This document shows positions 18,859 through 30,020 of a stretch of DNA of 64,000 nt, one piece after another. Below the pieces are notes generated by a model. It worked only from the letters and a program-made list of their open reading frames with translations, was not told the origin of the DNA and searched no databases. Numbering within the stretch: position 1 is the first letter of the stretch; every line of letters begins with the position of its first letter. Made by a program: the position numbers and the translations under genes. The DNA comes from Coprothermobacter sp. (GTDB lineage Bacteria > Caldisericota > Caldisericia > Cryosericales > Cryosericaceae), in the NCBI GenBank assembly GCA_013824685.1, contig PNOG01000008.1:41455-105454 (forward strand). The letters run 5' to 3'.

Positions 18859-19518
18859 ATGCTTGTCCGTGAATACATGACGCACGACCTCGTGACCATC
18901 GAGCCCGAGGCACGGTTGTCCGACGCTCTCAACATAATGCGCGCGCGCAACGTTCACCGTCTTCCTGTCGTCGAAGACGACTTGTTGGTCGGCATCGTCT
19001 CCGAGAAGGACCTGCTGTATGCCCTGCCCTCCGTCGACCGACCCATCAGCTGGGTCGAAGCCAGCGCCAAGGCTGCTGCCCTGCCTATACGCCAGGTCAT
19101 GCACCAGGACGTGGTCACGGTCTGTCCTGACTGTCCCATCGAGATTGCTGCTGCGACCATGGCTGACCACAACATCGGCGCGTTGCCCGTCGTGAGTCCT
19201 TCGGAGTCGCACACCCTTGTAGGGATCATCACCGAAACGGACATCTTCAAGCTGTTCGTCGAAATGCTGGGTTCACGCGCACCGGGTGTCCGCGCATCTC
19301 TTGAGATAGACAACCGCAAGGGTGCTCTCGCCTCGCTGTTTAACCGCATCGTCGAAGCGGGTGGGGGCGTTACGACCGTGTCATCGTTCCCTGCCGCATC
19401 ACCACATCGTCTCCGGATTATCCTCAAGGTGGCAGATGTAGACCAGAACGCGATGCGCGGTCTCCTCAAGCCCGAGGAGACAGTGATCGACCTGCGCGAA
19501 ATCCAGGGAGCCCGCTGA
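18859..19518 (+). CDS. CBS-pair domain protein with a C-terminal ACT-like domain (AcuB-like)
   Basis: Two CBS repeats (VHRLPVVEDDLLVGIVSEKDL; IGALPVVSPSESHTLVGIITETDI) followed by an approximately 80-aa regulatory-like tail. Confidence 0.75.
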   Translation: MLVREYMTHDLVTIEPEARLSDALNIMRARNVHRLPVVEDDLLVGIVSEKDLLYALPSVDRPISWVEASAKAAALPIRQVMHQDVVTVCPDCPIEIAAATMADHNIGALPVVSPSESHTLVGIITETDIFKLFVEMLGSRAPGVRASLEIDNRKGALASLFNRIVEAGGGVTTVSSFPAASPHRLRIILKVADVDQNAMRGLLKPEETVIDLREIQGAR

Positions 19519-19571
19519 CCCCAAATAACGCTATGACGCCTACAGCCGGCCGGAAACAAGGAGTGTCCTGG

Positions 19572-19868
19572 ATGAGAAGACTTATGACGATCATGGCCTT
19601 CGCCGGAGGCCTGTTGGGACTAGGCAACTACGTCTGGGACGGACGGACCATGGCGCCCGGTGGGCGCAACCTCTATGTTCCCAGCAATATCGCATCAGTA
19701 CTGCTGCTGGCTATTGCGGGTTCCGTAGCTGCGACCATGCTGCTGCGCGACCACGGCCGAATGACTGAGGAAGAACGCAAGGAGTACCGGGCAACGCTCG
19801 CCCTTTCCATAGCCGCACTGGCTATCCTGAGCTCCTGGATCCTGTTCCGCGCCGTCAGAACCACCTGA
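19572..19868 (+). CDS. Small membrane protein (hypothetical)
   Basis: Start at MRRLMTIMAF, preceded by AAGGAG. Three hydrophobic segments. Confidence 0.45.
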   Translation: MRRLMTIMAFAGGLLGLGNYVWDGRTMAPGGRNLYVPSNIASVLLLAIAGSVAATMLLRDHGRMTEEERKEYRATLALSIAALAILSSWILFRAVRTT

Positions 19869-19962
19869 CGCATATTCGATCGTGTTCCTGCGGGGCCGAT
19901 GCCGCCTGCAGTCGGCGACCCGGGCACGAGAACGTGCCAGCTGCATCGCTGACCTCATCTTG

Positions 19963-21084
19963 TCAGAGAGAATCCACGAGTTCAGCGATCTTGCCCGCCG
20001 CCTTCAACCCATGTCCGGTAAACGCTGTGACAATAATCTCGCCGGGCGCTGCGGTGCGGGCATACCTGCGCGCGCCCGCGATCACCGCGGCGGACGTCGG
20101 TTCGATGAACCAGCCGCCTCGACAACAATCTCGGAGACTGGCGACGATCTCCCGTTCAGCAACGGCCACGAACGATCCGCCGGTGGCACGCACCGCCGCC
20201 AGCACCTGCGAACCACGCGTCGGGGTCGCAATGGCGATGCCCTCGGCAGTCGTGTGGCTCGCATGGATTGCGACGGGTTCATCCAGGCCCTCCGCGAACG
20301 CGCCAGAAAGAGGCGCGCATGCCGCAGTCTGTACGGCGATGATGCGTGGCACATGACTCACGATTCCCGCCCGCGTGAGCTCCGTGAACCCCAGGTACGC
20401 CCCAAGCAGCAAGGTGCCGTTACCCGCGGGCAGCACCAGGGTATCGGGGGTCGTCCAGCCGAGCTGTTCCGCGACCTCATACGCAAACGTCTTCGTCCCC
20501 TGCAGAAACCACGGACTGTACACATGGCTGGCGTACACACACGTCGCGGCCGCCTCAAGCGCCGCGCGCGCTGTGTCTTCGCGCGTTCCGGGGATACGGT
20601 GCAGCGTCGCACCATATGCCTCGATCTGCGCCGTCTTGGCGGGGGAGGTATCCTCGGGTACGTAGATATCGCAGGCGATACCGGCACGGGCGGCATACGC
20701 GGCCACCGCGCAGCCCGCGTTGCCCGAGGAATCCTCGACGACACGCTCCACACCGAGCTCGCGCAGGTGCGTCATGAGGACTGCCGCGCCCCGGTCCTTG
20801 AACGAGCCAGTCGGAAAGAGCTGTTCCTGCTTGATCAGCAGCGCGCTCCCGTCGAATAGTACGGACAGCAGAGGCGTCCAGCCCTCCCCCATCGTCACGA
20901 CGTCGTCGCCGACAGGCAGTGCCTCGCGGTAGCGCCACTGATCATATGGTCGTCCAGCCGTCATGCTGGGCCGGAAGGACGGCTCGAACCGCACGTCGAG
21001 CATGCCTTCACAATCGCAGCGCAGGCGTCTTCCATCATCGTCGTAGTCACGGCCGCACCGGGCGCAGCACAGAGAGGAGCTCAT
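19963..21084 (-). CDS. Threonine-synthase-family PLP-dependent enzyme with an N-terminal Cys-rich (zinc-ribbon-like) segment
   Basis: PLP lysine motif TGSFKDRG, SSGNAG. N-terminus CCARCG...RCDC. ATG 21084 overlaps the upstream stop (ATGA) and is preceded by GGAGGG. Confidence 0.8.
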   Translation of the reverse strand: MSSSLCCARCGRDYDDDGRRLRCDCEGMLDVRFEPSFRPSMTAGRPYDQWRYREALPVGDDVVTMGEGWTPLLSVLFDGSALLIKQEQLFPTGSFKDRGAAVLMTHLRELGVERVVEDSSGNAGCAVAAYAARAGIACDIYVPEDTSPAKTAQIEAYGATLHRIPGTREDTARAALEAAATCVYASHVYSPWFLQGTKTFAYEVAEQLGWTTPDTLVLPAGNGTLLLGAYLGFTELTRAGIVSHVPRIIAVQTAACAPLSGAFAEGLDEPVAIHASHTTAEGIAIATPTRGSQVLAAVRATGGSFVAVAEREIVASLRDCCRGGWFIEPTSAAVIAGARRYARTAAPGEIIVTAFTGHGLKAAGKIAELVDSL

Positions 21085-21371
21085 CGTCCCTCCGGCAGCA
21101 CGTCGAAATCGGTACCGGCATCCGTGGCAAGGACATCTGCCATGGCAGGGCCGAATCGTGCGGCAAAGGTCTCCAGCACCGCCTGTGAGACAGCGACACC
21201 GGCAGAACCCAGCTCCCGCTGCAGCACTGCGCTCATCGTGGCATAGAGGTGCGCGGTGTGGTAGCTCCATGGGAGCATCCACTCCCCCTGAGCACGCTGT
21301 GTCTCTTCGTGGCCCAGCAGCAGCGCATGGTGTTCAGCACTAAAGGCTTCTCTGGTCTTCGCGTCGCGCAC
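21081..21371 (-). CDS. Small hypothetical protein translationally coupled to the ThrC-like gene
   Basis: GTG 21371 lies 5 nt after AGGAGG. The 96-aa product is VRDAKTREAF...DVLPEGR. Its stop overlaps the ThrC-like ATG. Confidence 0.5.
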   Translation of the reverse strand: MRDAKTREAFSAEHHALLLGHEETQRAQGEWMLPWSYHTAHLYATMSAVLQRELGSAGVAVSQAVLETFAARFGPAMADVLATDAGTDFDVLPEGR

Positions 21372-21487
21372 TCGTACCTCCTGGAGTACCACGGAAATGG
21401 GTCCCTGCCTCTGAAGTGTATCGGGACAGCCCCGCCAGGCAAGCCCAGGCATGCATGCTTCCGCGTCTGTTCTGCTATCATGTCTGC

Positions 21488-22222
21488 ATGAGAAAACAGG
21501 TGTCGTTCCTGGCCAGTCGCGCACGCCTCTGGCTGCAGAACCCCGTGCCCTTCGCCGTGCTGGTGGGTGCAGCCCTGCTATACGTCGGCGCCCTCGTCTC
21601 GGGACTGGCGGAGGAGGTGCTCGACACGGAAAGTATCGTGCTGGCCGACGGATGGCTCGTGCACTGGCTTGCCGCACACCGTACGCCGGCCGGCATCGGT
21701 TTCTTCGAGGCCGTCACCTTCGTTGGAAACTGGCAGGTAGTCGTCATCGTGCTGATCGGCGCGGTCGTCTTCCTGTGGAACCGAAGGCGTCGCTCGGCGT
21801 TGTCGATCATTGTTGCCACCGCCGGGTCACAGCTTGTCGTTTCGCTCGGCAAGGCCGGTTTCGGCAGGCCGCGGCCCCCAGCCGTACTCGCGGTCGTCAC
21901 CCCCCTGGATGCGAGCTTTCCGTCCGGACACGCCAGCATCTCGGTAGCCCTCTACGCACTCGGCTTCTATCTACTGTTCCGCGCCACGCGCTCGCCCAGA
22001 CTCAAGAGGCTCTGGCTGGCCCTTGCATTTCTCTTCCCTCTGCTCATCGGGTTCAGCCGCCTGTACCTTGGCGCGCACTATCTGTCGGACATCCTCGCGG
22101 GGTGGAGTATCGGGGTATGGTGGTCTATTCTCGTCGTGGGCGTGCCCGCTTTCGCCCGCAGGCGCCGAGATGCGAAACGTCAGGCAGCGGACTTGAGGTC
22201 GCGCCCGAACACTGCGAAGTAG
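21488..22222 (+). CDS. PAP2-family phosphatase (undecaprenyl-diphosphatase / PA-phosphatase type)
   Basis: All three PAP2 motifs are present: KAGFGRPRP, PSGH, SRLYLGAHYLSD. Start at MRKQVSF. Confidence 0.85.
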   Translation: MRKQVSFLASRARLWLQNPVPFAVLVGAALLYVGALVSGLAEEVLDTESIVLADGWLVHWLAAHRTPAGIGFFEAVTFVGNWQVVVIVLIGAVVFLWNRRRRSALSIIVATAGSQLVVSLGKAGFGRPRPPAVLAVVTPLDASFPSGHASISVALYALGFYLLFRATRSPRLKRLWLALAFLFPLLIGFSRLYLGAHYLSDILAGWSIGVWWSILVVGVPAFARRRRDAKRQAADLRSRPNTAK

Positions 22223-23403
22223 ATCGTGCCGGCAGCCCCGAAGGCTGCGGCGGTGAAGAAGTTCACTCCCGGTCCCCTATTCCACAACCAGGCGGCACCA
22301 AAGGCTGCGACCGAGACGATGACGTCCCGGAGGAGATAGTACGTCCCAAACGTCGACGCCTTGGCGTTCTCCGGTGCAAGGTCCATGATCAGTGCCTTGC
22401 GCGTCGGCTCTCCGTATTCCTTGAGGCCGCGCAGGACGAAAGCACCACACAGCGCAGGGAATGACCGGCTGAAGTACAGCACAATCGGGAATGCGGTGAA
22501 GAAGACAAACGTCGTCAGGACAAACGGCTTCTTGCTGTTGCGGTCCGCCAGGATTGCGATGGGGATATAGACGAGCATCGCGGTTATCATCTCGATCGTC
22601 GTCAGGACGCCGAATTGCAAGGGCGTCATACCGTTCCGGTCCACGACCCACAGGACGACGAACGCATAGGGAATCTGTTCGGAGAACCGGATGAGGATAT
22701 CCGAAATAAGCAGGTTGCGCAGATCTGGGGTAATGAAATGGATAGAGTCCTTGAGGCGAACAGCACGGTCCTTCTTGCCGGCATCCGGGTCTTCCTTGAT
22801 GAAGAAGACCTCCAGCAGGATGGCTACGGCCCCCAGCAGCAGGGCGACCCCGAACGAGATACGGACACCCTTGATGCGTCCGAACACCTGGATGAGCGCG
22901 CCACCGACGACCGGCCCCAACGCCATGGGGATGCGCCGTGTCAGTGAGTGGAGGCTGACGCCCATTGTGCGCTTGTCCTTTGGGACGGCCTTGCTGACCA
23001 GCGACATGATCGCCGGCAGAGAGATCGCTGTCCAGGAGATGAAGAAGACGGCACCGACGAGGACCGCCCACCACGTGGGAACGAGGATGACGATCACATA
23101 TCCTGCCATCGCGACGAGGTTGAACACGATGAGTGCTTTCTTGTAGCCCAGCAGGTCGCTGAGATATCCCCCCGGAAAGCTGTAGAGAGCCGACAGCAGG
23201 TTGTCCATGCCGTTCAGCGAGCCGACCGCCCATGTCGTGCCGCCTACGGCCATGAGGTACAGTGGCAGGAACCGCTCGGCCATCTTCTCGCCCATGCCCA
23301 CCAGGACAACCATGGCAAGCAGGGCAATCATGCTGGAGTTCAGGGCGAAGAAGCTGCGGATAGCGCCAGGAATGCGACGGCGCGGCACGCTGTCCTGATT
23401 CAT
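22180..23403 (-). CDS. MFS transporter
   Basis: A 407-aa polytopic protein with a duplicated 6-TM layout. Its 3' end overlaps the convergent PAP2 gene by 43 nt. Confidence 0.8.
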   Translation of the reverse strand: MNQDSVPRRRIPGAIRSFFALNSSMIALLAMVVLVGMGEKMAERFLPLYLMAVGGTTWAVGSLNGMDNLLSALYSFPGGYLSDLLGYKKALIVFNLVAMAGYVIVILVPTWWAVLVGAVFFISWTAISLPAIMSLVSKAVPKDKRTMGVSLHSLTRRIPMALGPVVGGALIQVFGRIKGVRISFGVALLLGAVAILLEVFFIKEDPDAGKKDRAVRLKDSIHFITPDLRNLLISDILIRFSEQIPYAFVVLWVVDRNGMTPLQFGVLTTIEMITAMLVYIPIAILADRNSKKPFVLTTFVFFTAFPIVLYFSRSFPALCGAFVLRGLKEYGEPTRKALIMDLAPENAKASTFGTYYLLRDVIVSVAAFGAAWLWNRGPGVNFFTAAAFGAAGTIYFAVFGRDLKSAA

Positions 23404-23452
23404 CTCTTGGACAGGAGTCGTGCCGCGCCGTTCACGTGCTTTTCCCCGCTAG

Positions 23453-24790
<1,338 letters not shown>

Positions 24791-24990
24791 TCAGTATTTC
24801 CAGTGTGAGCGATGTGTGAGTTCATCATGACGGTCTGCTGGTCGTCTCCTTCAGCTCATCATTGCCGACGAACCGGCTGATCAACCATGGACAGGCGACC
24901 CTGTCCACATACACAAGCGCGCGTTACCCACTTCCTATGAGCCTCCCGGATGACGGACTCTCCGCAAACGTTACAGTTTGTCCTGAACGG

Positions 24991-25896
24991 TCATTCGGTC
25001 AACTGGTCGGCTTGTGGCCTGCCATCGGCGCGCAGGCCCTCGCTTGCCACCAGCGCAATCGACGACGCCGTCAGGACTAGCGCCACCGCCATCGCCCACG
25101 TAAACGGACTGCGGAAGATGACCAGCGACAGCAGGGCTCCGGCCAAGGGACCCACGGCAAAGAAGGCTCCCGTGCGGGCCGCGCCCATAGCCTTGAGCGA
25201 AAGGATGAACAGCACAAGAGAAACCCCATACGAGATGCAGCCGACGCCAAGCCCGGCCAGGAGGTTGGTCGGGGCAGGCAAGCTTCCTCTGGTCACCCAC
25301 GAGAGTCCCAGAGAGAAGAGTCCCGCCGCCAGTCCCTTGACACTGACCAGGACAAGGGGATCGCAGCGGGACAGCCGCGCGGACACGTTGTTATCGACGC
25401 CCCACGCAATGGCAGCGCCCACGATCAGCAGCGGTCCGACCATGCTGGACATCTCGCCCGCCGTGACCCCGGTGAGCAGGACACCGGTCGTCGTCATCAG
25501 TACGACCGCCCCCCACACCGCCCCCGAAACACGTTCCCTGAAGAACATCCATGCAATGAGCGCCGTGGTCACGCCCTCGAGGTTCAGGAGAAGCGATGCT
25601 GTGAACCCCGACGCAGCACGTACGCCGAACATCAGGAGGACGGGTGCCAAGACTCCACCGACGGCGATCATCGTGAGCACGTACGGCGCGTCCAAGCGCC
25701 GGAGTGGTTCGCTCTGCAGTCCACGCGTCACCCCAAGCAGACGACCCACGGACACGGCCACGAATGCTCCAAGGTAGAGGACACCGGCGAGCGCGATCGG
25801 ATCCATACCGGCGACGATGAGCTTCGACAGGGGGGCACTGAGCCCGAACAGGACTCCCGCTCCCAGCGCAAGTGGAATGCCCCGGCGGACGTTCAC
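24991..25896 (-). CDS. EamA/DMT-family transporter (paralogue 2)
   Basis: A 10-TM hydrophobic protein. The GTG start overlaps the stop of the upstream paralogue (GTGA). Confidence 0.75.
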   Translation of the reverse strand: MNVRRGIPLALGAGVLFGLSAPLSKLIVAGMDPIALAGVLYLGAFVAVSVGRLLGVTRGLQSEPLRRLDAPYVLTMIAVGGVLAPVLLMFGVRAASGFTASLLLNLEGVTTALIAWMFFRERVSGAVWGAVVLMTTTGVLLTGVTAGEMSSMVGPLLIVGAAIAWGVDNNVSARLSRCDPLVLVSVKGLAAGLFSLGLSWVTRGSLPAPTNLLAGLGVGCISYGVSLVLFILSLKAMGAARTGAFFAVGPLAGALLSLVIFRSPFTWAMAVALVLTASSIALVASEGLRADGRPQADQLTE

Positions 25897-26804
25897 CCCT
25901 CCACAGTCTCCCACGCCAGTGAACGCCGCTCGTCATCGCGCCCCACGACGAGGACGGCTGCCGCCGTCAGTCCGAGCGCAGCAACGACGACCCAGGTGAC
26001 AGGCGTTCTGAACAGCACGAGCGACAGCAGGGCGCCGGCCAGCGGCCCAACACCTGCGAAAGCGGCTGTCCGTGCCGCCCCCATGGTCCGCAGGGACACG
26101 AAGTAGAGCAGCAGGCCGACTCCGTTGGACACGGATCCCAGCAGTACTCCCAACAAGAGATCGCGCACCGGCGGAAGGCCGCCCATGCGGAAGGCGCCCA
26201 CCAGCGTAAGGATCACTGCGGCCGGCAGGCATTCGATGAGCGTGACCAGCAGAGGGTCACGCGACGACAGTGTCGTCACGACATTCGTCTCAATCCCCCA
26301 TGCGGCACAGGAGCCGAGAATGAGCATTGCCCCCGCGACAGGTGCCAATCCTTCACCGCCCGTACCGGTGACCAGGATGCCGGTGAGCGTCATGCACAGG
26401 ACGGCAAGCCAGATTGACGGAGAAACGCGCTCGCCGAAGAATGTTAGTGCGATGAGTGCTGTGGCAACCGCCTCCATGTTCAGCATGAGCGAAGCAGCAA
26501 ATCCGCTGGACATACGAATTCCATACATGAGGAGGACAGGCGCTGCGATCGTACCGGTCAGCACTGTGACAGCGAGACGTGGAACATCCCGACGCGTGAC
26601 GCGCACATACCGCCCGCGTTTGCTGAGTCCCAGCAGCAGCGCCAGCGCGGCGATGATCGCCGGACCGGTATACAGCGCTCCTGCAAGAGCTACGGGGTCC
26701 ATCCGGGAGACCAGCAGCTTTGAAAGAGGAGCTCCTGCTCCCAGCAGCGTACCGGCGCACAATGCCATAGGAATTCCACGCCGTACGTCAGGTTGTCGCA
26801 TCAT
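25893..26804 (-). CDS. EamA/DMT-family transporter (paralogue 1)
   Basis: Alignable by eye with the downstream paralogue along its whole length. Start chosen at MMRQPDVRRGIP. The longer track start would run across a terminator hairpin. Confidence 0.75.
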   Translation of the reverse strand: MMRQPDVRRGIPMALCAGTLLGAGAPLSKLLVSRMDPVALAGALYTGPAIIAALALLLGLSKRGRYVRVTRRDVPRLAVTVLTGTIAAPVLLMYGIRMSSGFAASLMLNMEAVATALIALTFFGERVSPSIWLAVLCMTLTGILVTGTGGEGLAPVAGAMLILGSCAAWGIETNVVTTLSSRDPLLVTLIECLPAAVILTLVGAFRMGGLPPVRDLLLGVLLGSVSNGVGLLLYFVSLRTMGAARTAAFAGVGPLAGALLSLVLFRTPVTWVVVAALGLTAAAVLVVGRDDERRSLAWETVEG

Positions 26805-26870
26805 GTCCAGTTCTCCACCAAAGACACCGTGATTTCGGATGACAGCTGGTGCCTTGTGTCCAGTATATGC

Positions 26871-26904
26871 AAAACGGGCCACAGCGCTTGCCGTGGCCCG
26901 TTTT
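26871..26904 (-). terminator. Rho-independent (bidirectional-type) terminator after the UPF0182 gene
   Basis: aaaa-cgggccac-(loop)-gtggcccg-tttt, 20 nt beyond the stop at 26924. Confidence 0.7.
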
Positions 26905-26923
26905 GCACACTCCGGACTTACTG

Positions 26924-29779
26924 CTATGGTGTCTTCAATGCGTCCAGTTTTGCCAGGACGTCTTCGAGCGCCTTGAGTTCCTGCCCAGCCTTCGCGAAGT
27001 CGCCCGCTGCCGTGTACTGCTTGTACCGGGTCATCGTAGCGACTGCTTCCGCGATGAGCGCTTTCTGTTCGGCCGTCACGGTCCCAGCCGTTACAGCCCC
27101 TCCCGTCGTCCCCGTCTCAGGTGGTACGATTGTCCCAGGTTCAGTAGTGGTCGCTGGTCCTACCCCACCAATGTCCACCGTCGTTCCCAGTAGACTGCTG
27201 AGAGCCTGGTCTAGATTGTCCCCCCACACCAGCTTGTCCTTGGTGGCCGCGACGATCTTCTTGATCTGCGGCATCTTGGAGCTGCTGGACTGCAGATAGA
27301 TGGGCTCGATATACAGCAGCGAGCCGTCGACCGGCAAGATGAGCATGTTGCCCCGGAGGACCTGCGAACCCTGCTGGTTCCAGAGCGTCAGCGTCTTGGA
27401 GATCTCCGTATCCTGATCGATGCGGGCCTCGACCTGGAACGGACCGTACACAACACGGTCCTTGCTGAACTTGATGACCGACACACGATCGGGGCTGCCG
27501 ATATCGGAACTGATTGCCATAAGCGCGACGAGGTTGTCCTTTCCGACAGGCGTGAACGGCGTGACCAGCGAGAACACCTGTCCCGTCGACCCCGGCATCC
27601 TGAAGAAGATATAGTACGGCTCGATGGAGGCATCTGTTCCCAGGTAGCGTTCCTTTGCCACCGCCCACTTGTCTTCCTGTCCATAGAACACACGGGGGTC
27701 CGTCATGTGGTACTTCGAGAAGACGCGGCTCTGCAGCGCGCCCAGCCCGGACGGATACCGGTAGTGATCCTTGACGAACGATGGAGCGTCGTCGAGCGTC
27801 TTGAACAGCCCCGGGTAGACACGGTCGATGGTCGCTGCAATAGGATCGGCCTTGTCGATGCGGTAGAAGGTCGTCGTCCCGTCGAATGCGTTCACGGTGT
27901 ACATGAAACTGTTGCGGATGTAGTTGACGACCTTGCCGTTCAACTCTGCGCCGGCATCGTAGTACTCGCTGTAGGGGAAGTACTGCGAGGTCGTATACCC
28001 CTGACCGAACCAGAAGAGCCTGCCCTCGGGGTCCACGACGATGTAGGGATCACTGTCCACCTCGAGGAACGGCGCAATGTGCTTGACGCGCTCCTGGAGA
28101 TTGCGATAAACCATGATTCGTGATTCGCTGCTGATCTGCCCAGATATCAGGATGTTGACGTTCTGGTTGACGAAGGAGAAGGCAAGCCGGTTGAGCATCG
28201 ACAGGCGGATGCCGCCATTGCCCGTGTACTGGTACTGCTTGTTGGCGTCGCCCTGTGGATAGTCGAATTCCGACGAATTACCCTTGACGATGGCATACCC
28301 GTTCGTGCTTTCACCATAGTAGATGCGCGGCTCGGAAATATCGACGAACCCACCGTTGCTGACGGGAGGAATGTCCTTCACGGCATACACGGGAGCGCCT
28401 TCGGACGAGAAGTCGCTGACACCATTTGCGACGACGCCGAATCCGTGGGTGTAGACCAGCCGATCATTGACGAAACTGCGCGAGGTATCCGACAGCAGTG
28501 ACTGGTCCAGCTCACGCGCCGCAATCATGACTTCCTGCGGCTTCCCGTTCAACGTATAGCGATCGATGTCGATATCGTTGAACTTGTAGTAGCTGCGGAT
28601 GGACTGCAGCTGCTCGTTGGTATCGGCCAGCGCGCGCCAGTCCCACAGCCGCACGTTCTGCAGAACGTCCTTGTTGGCCCCGACAGCGCCCGCGGACAAG
28701 ATCGTCTGCGTGCCAGGGTCGGGGATCACGTTGACGGCCGACAGGCCAAACGCGGTATTGGTCGCCGCGATGTTGTTGGCCAGATAGGGCGTCTCGCGGG
28801 AGAGTTCGTTGGGCTTGACGGCAAAGCGCTGATAGAGCGCTGGAATGCCAGATACAAGCAGAACATAGGCGATGAGCGTGATGGCGCCGAGCCAGCCGAG
28901 GAATCTCGGGTTTGCCAGCCGTGGCTTGAACGAAGCCAGCAGGAATACGATGCCGCACAGCAGGATGCCAACGGCCGTCGCCTTGATAAGCGGGATGCGG
29001 ACGACCTGATCCGCGTTGCTCACGCCGAACACAACGCCGTTGCTCTGGAACAGAAGTCCATACATCGAGAACCAGACTCCTGCAGCCGCGATAAGCAACA
29101 GGATGCCTGCAAAGAAGCTCAGGCGGTTGCGCAGTCCACGGTGCAGCGCGGCATCGCCAGCCACAGATGTCGCCAGAAGGAAACTTGCACCGATCACCGC
29201 CAGACCGCCCACGGCGATGCCCGCAAGAATGCCCAGGAGCCCTCGTACCACAGGGTATGTGAAGAAGTAGAAGCTGATGCTGTGCCCAAAGATGGGGTCG
29301 GTGTACGCCGTCGACGCCACCTGGCGTGTCGCGGCCAGGAGCTGCAGACTGAGACCGCTTGCACCGAAACCAACGAAGTTCGCGGTAACAAGGGCAATGA
29401 TGATGCGCGCCCATTTGAGCGTCTGAGAAGTGCGACGGGCGTCGTCCGCGTTCATCCCGGCGAACAGGCCACGCGGGAGTCCCGTGACCGCCCACACCAT
29501 GGCATAGGCCACGACGGCCCCTACCACATAGGCGGCGATTTTCGCCAGCGTCCTTGTCCAGAAGACCTGCCGATAGCCGACCTCGGTGAAGAACAGGAAA
29601 TCCGTGTAGATGCCTGCGAACGCCGAGAACACCAGCCCCGCGACCGCGACGAACATGAGCGCCACGCTAAGCCCCATGGCCCAGCCGCCGAACTTGCTCC
29701 TGCGCACCCAGATGAAGATGGCGACAGCCACCAGCAGCAGTACGCCGAACGCCGATATCATTGCCGTCTGTCCAGTCAT
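26924..29779 (-). CDS. UPF0182-family large membrane protein
   Basis: 951 aa. N-terminal 7 TM or so, followed by a large soluble domain with family-typical stretches (LQSIRSYYKFNDIDIDRY, VYTHGFGVVA, LLYIEPIYLQ). AGGAGG lies upstream. Confidence 0.8.
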   Translation of the reverse strand: MTGQTAMISAFGVLLLVAVAIFIWVRRSKFGGWAMGLSVALMFVAVAGLVFSAFAGIYTDFLFFTEVGYRQVFWTRTLAKIAAYVVGAVVAYAMVWAVTGLPRGLFAGMNADDARRTSQTLKWARIIIALVTANFVGFGASGLSLQLLAATRQVASTAYTDPIFGHSISFYFFTYPVVRGLLGILAGIAVGGLAVIGASFLLATSVAGDAALHRGLRNRLSFFAGILLLIAAAGVWFSMYGLLFQSNGVVFGVSNADQVVRIPLIKATAVGILLCGIVFLLASFKPRLANPRFLGWLGAITLIAYVLLVSGIPALYQRFAVKPNELSRETPYLANNIAATNTAFGLSAVNVIPDPGTQTILSAGAVGANKDVLQNVRLWDWRALADTNEQLQSIRSYYKFNDIDIDRYTLNGKPQEVMIAARELDQSLLSDTSRSFVNDRLVYTHGFGVVANGVSDFSSEGAPVYAVKDIPPVSNGGFVDISEPRIYYGESTNGYAIVKGNSSEFDYPQGDANKQYQYTGNGGIRLSMLNRLAFSFVNQNVNILISGQISSESRIMVYRNLQERVKHIAPFLEVDSDPYIVVDPEGRLFWFGQGYTTSQYFPYSEYYDAGAELNGKVVNYIRNSFMYTVNAFDGTTTFYRIDKADPIAATIDRVYPGLFKTLDDAPSFVKDHYRYPSGLGALQSRVFSKYHMTDPRVFYGQEDKWAVAKERYLGTDASIEPYYIFFRMPGSTGQVFSLVTPFTPVGKDNLVALMAISSDIGSPDRVSVIKFSKDRVVYGPFQVEARIDQDTEISKTLTLWNQQGSQVLRGNMLILPVDGSLLYIEPIYLQSSSSKMPQIKKIVAATKDKLVWGDNLDQALSSLLGTTVDIGGVGPATTTEPGTIVPPETGTTGGAVTAGTVTAEQKALIAEAVATMTRYKQYTAAGDFAKAGQELKALEDVLAKLDALKTP

Positions 29780-29998
29780 AATATGTCAACCTCCTGTTTC
29801 AACGCAGAACCACTACTCTGGGGCAAGCCAATGTGCACACAGTTGGAACCGATCAGGTTCCGGCCACAATTTGGGGAACACCCGGATCACCCTCATGCCG
29901 TCGAGAGTATGAGATACCCTCTCATGATAGTTTACGCCGTTCACCGGCCGAAACAACGCAGACGGCTGACTCATGCGCATCGCCACCCAGCCAGATGT

Positions 29999-30020
29999 GA
30001 AAACCCTGAAAAACTCAGGG
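29999..30020 (-). terminator. Rho-independent terminator overlapping the NHL-protein stop codon
   Basis: On the minus strand: ccctga-gtttt-tcaggg followed by ttttc. Confidence 0.6.

Noticed and set aside
22180-22222. 43-nt overlap of convergent PAP2 and MFS 3' ends (also 60284-60294, and abutting stops at 4756-4761) as a sign of mis-annotation
   Set aside because: Both partners keep family-typical sequence up to near their ends. Convergent 3' overlaps are common in compact high-G+C genomes. There is no evidence for frameshifts.
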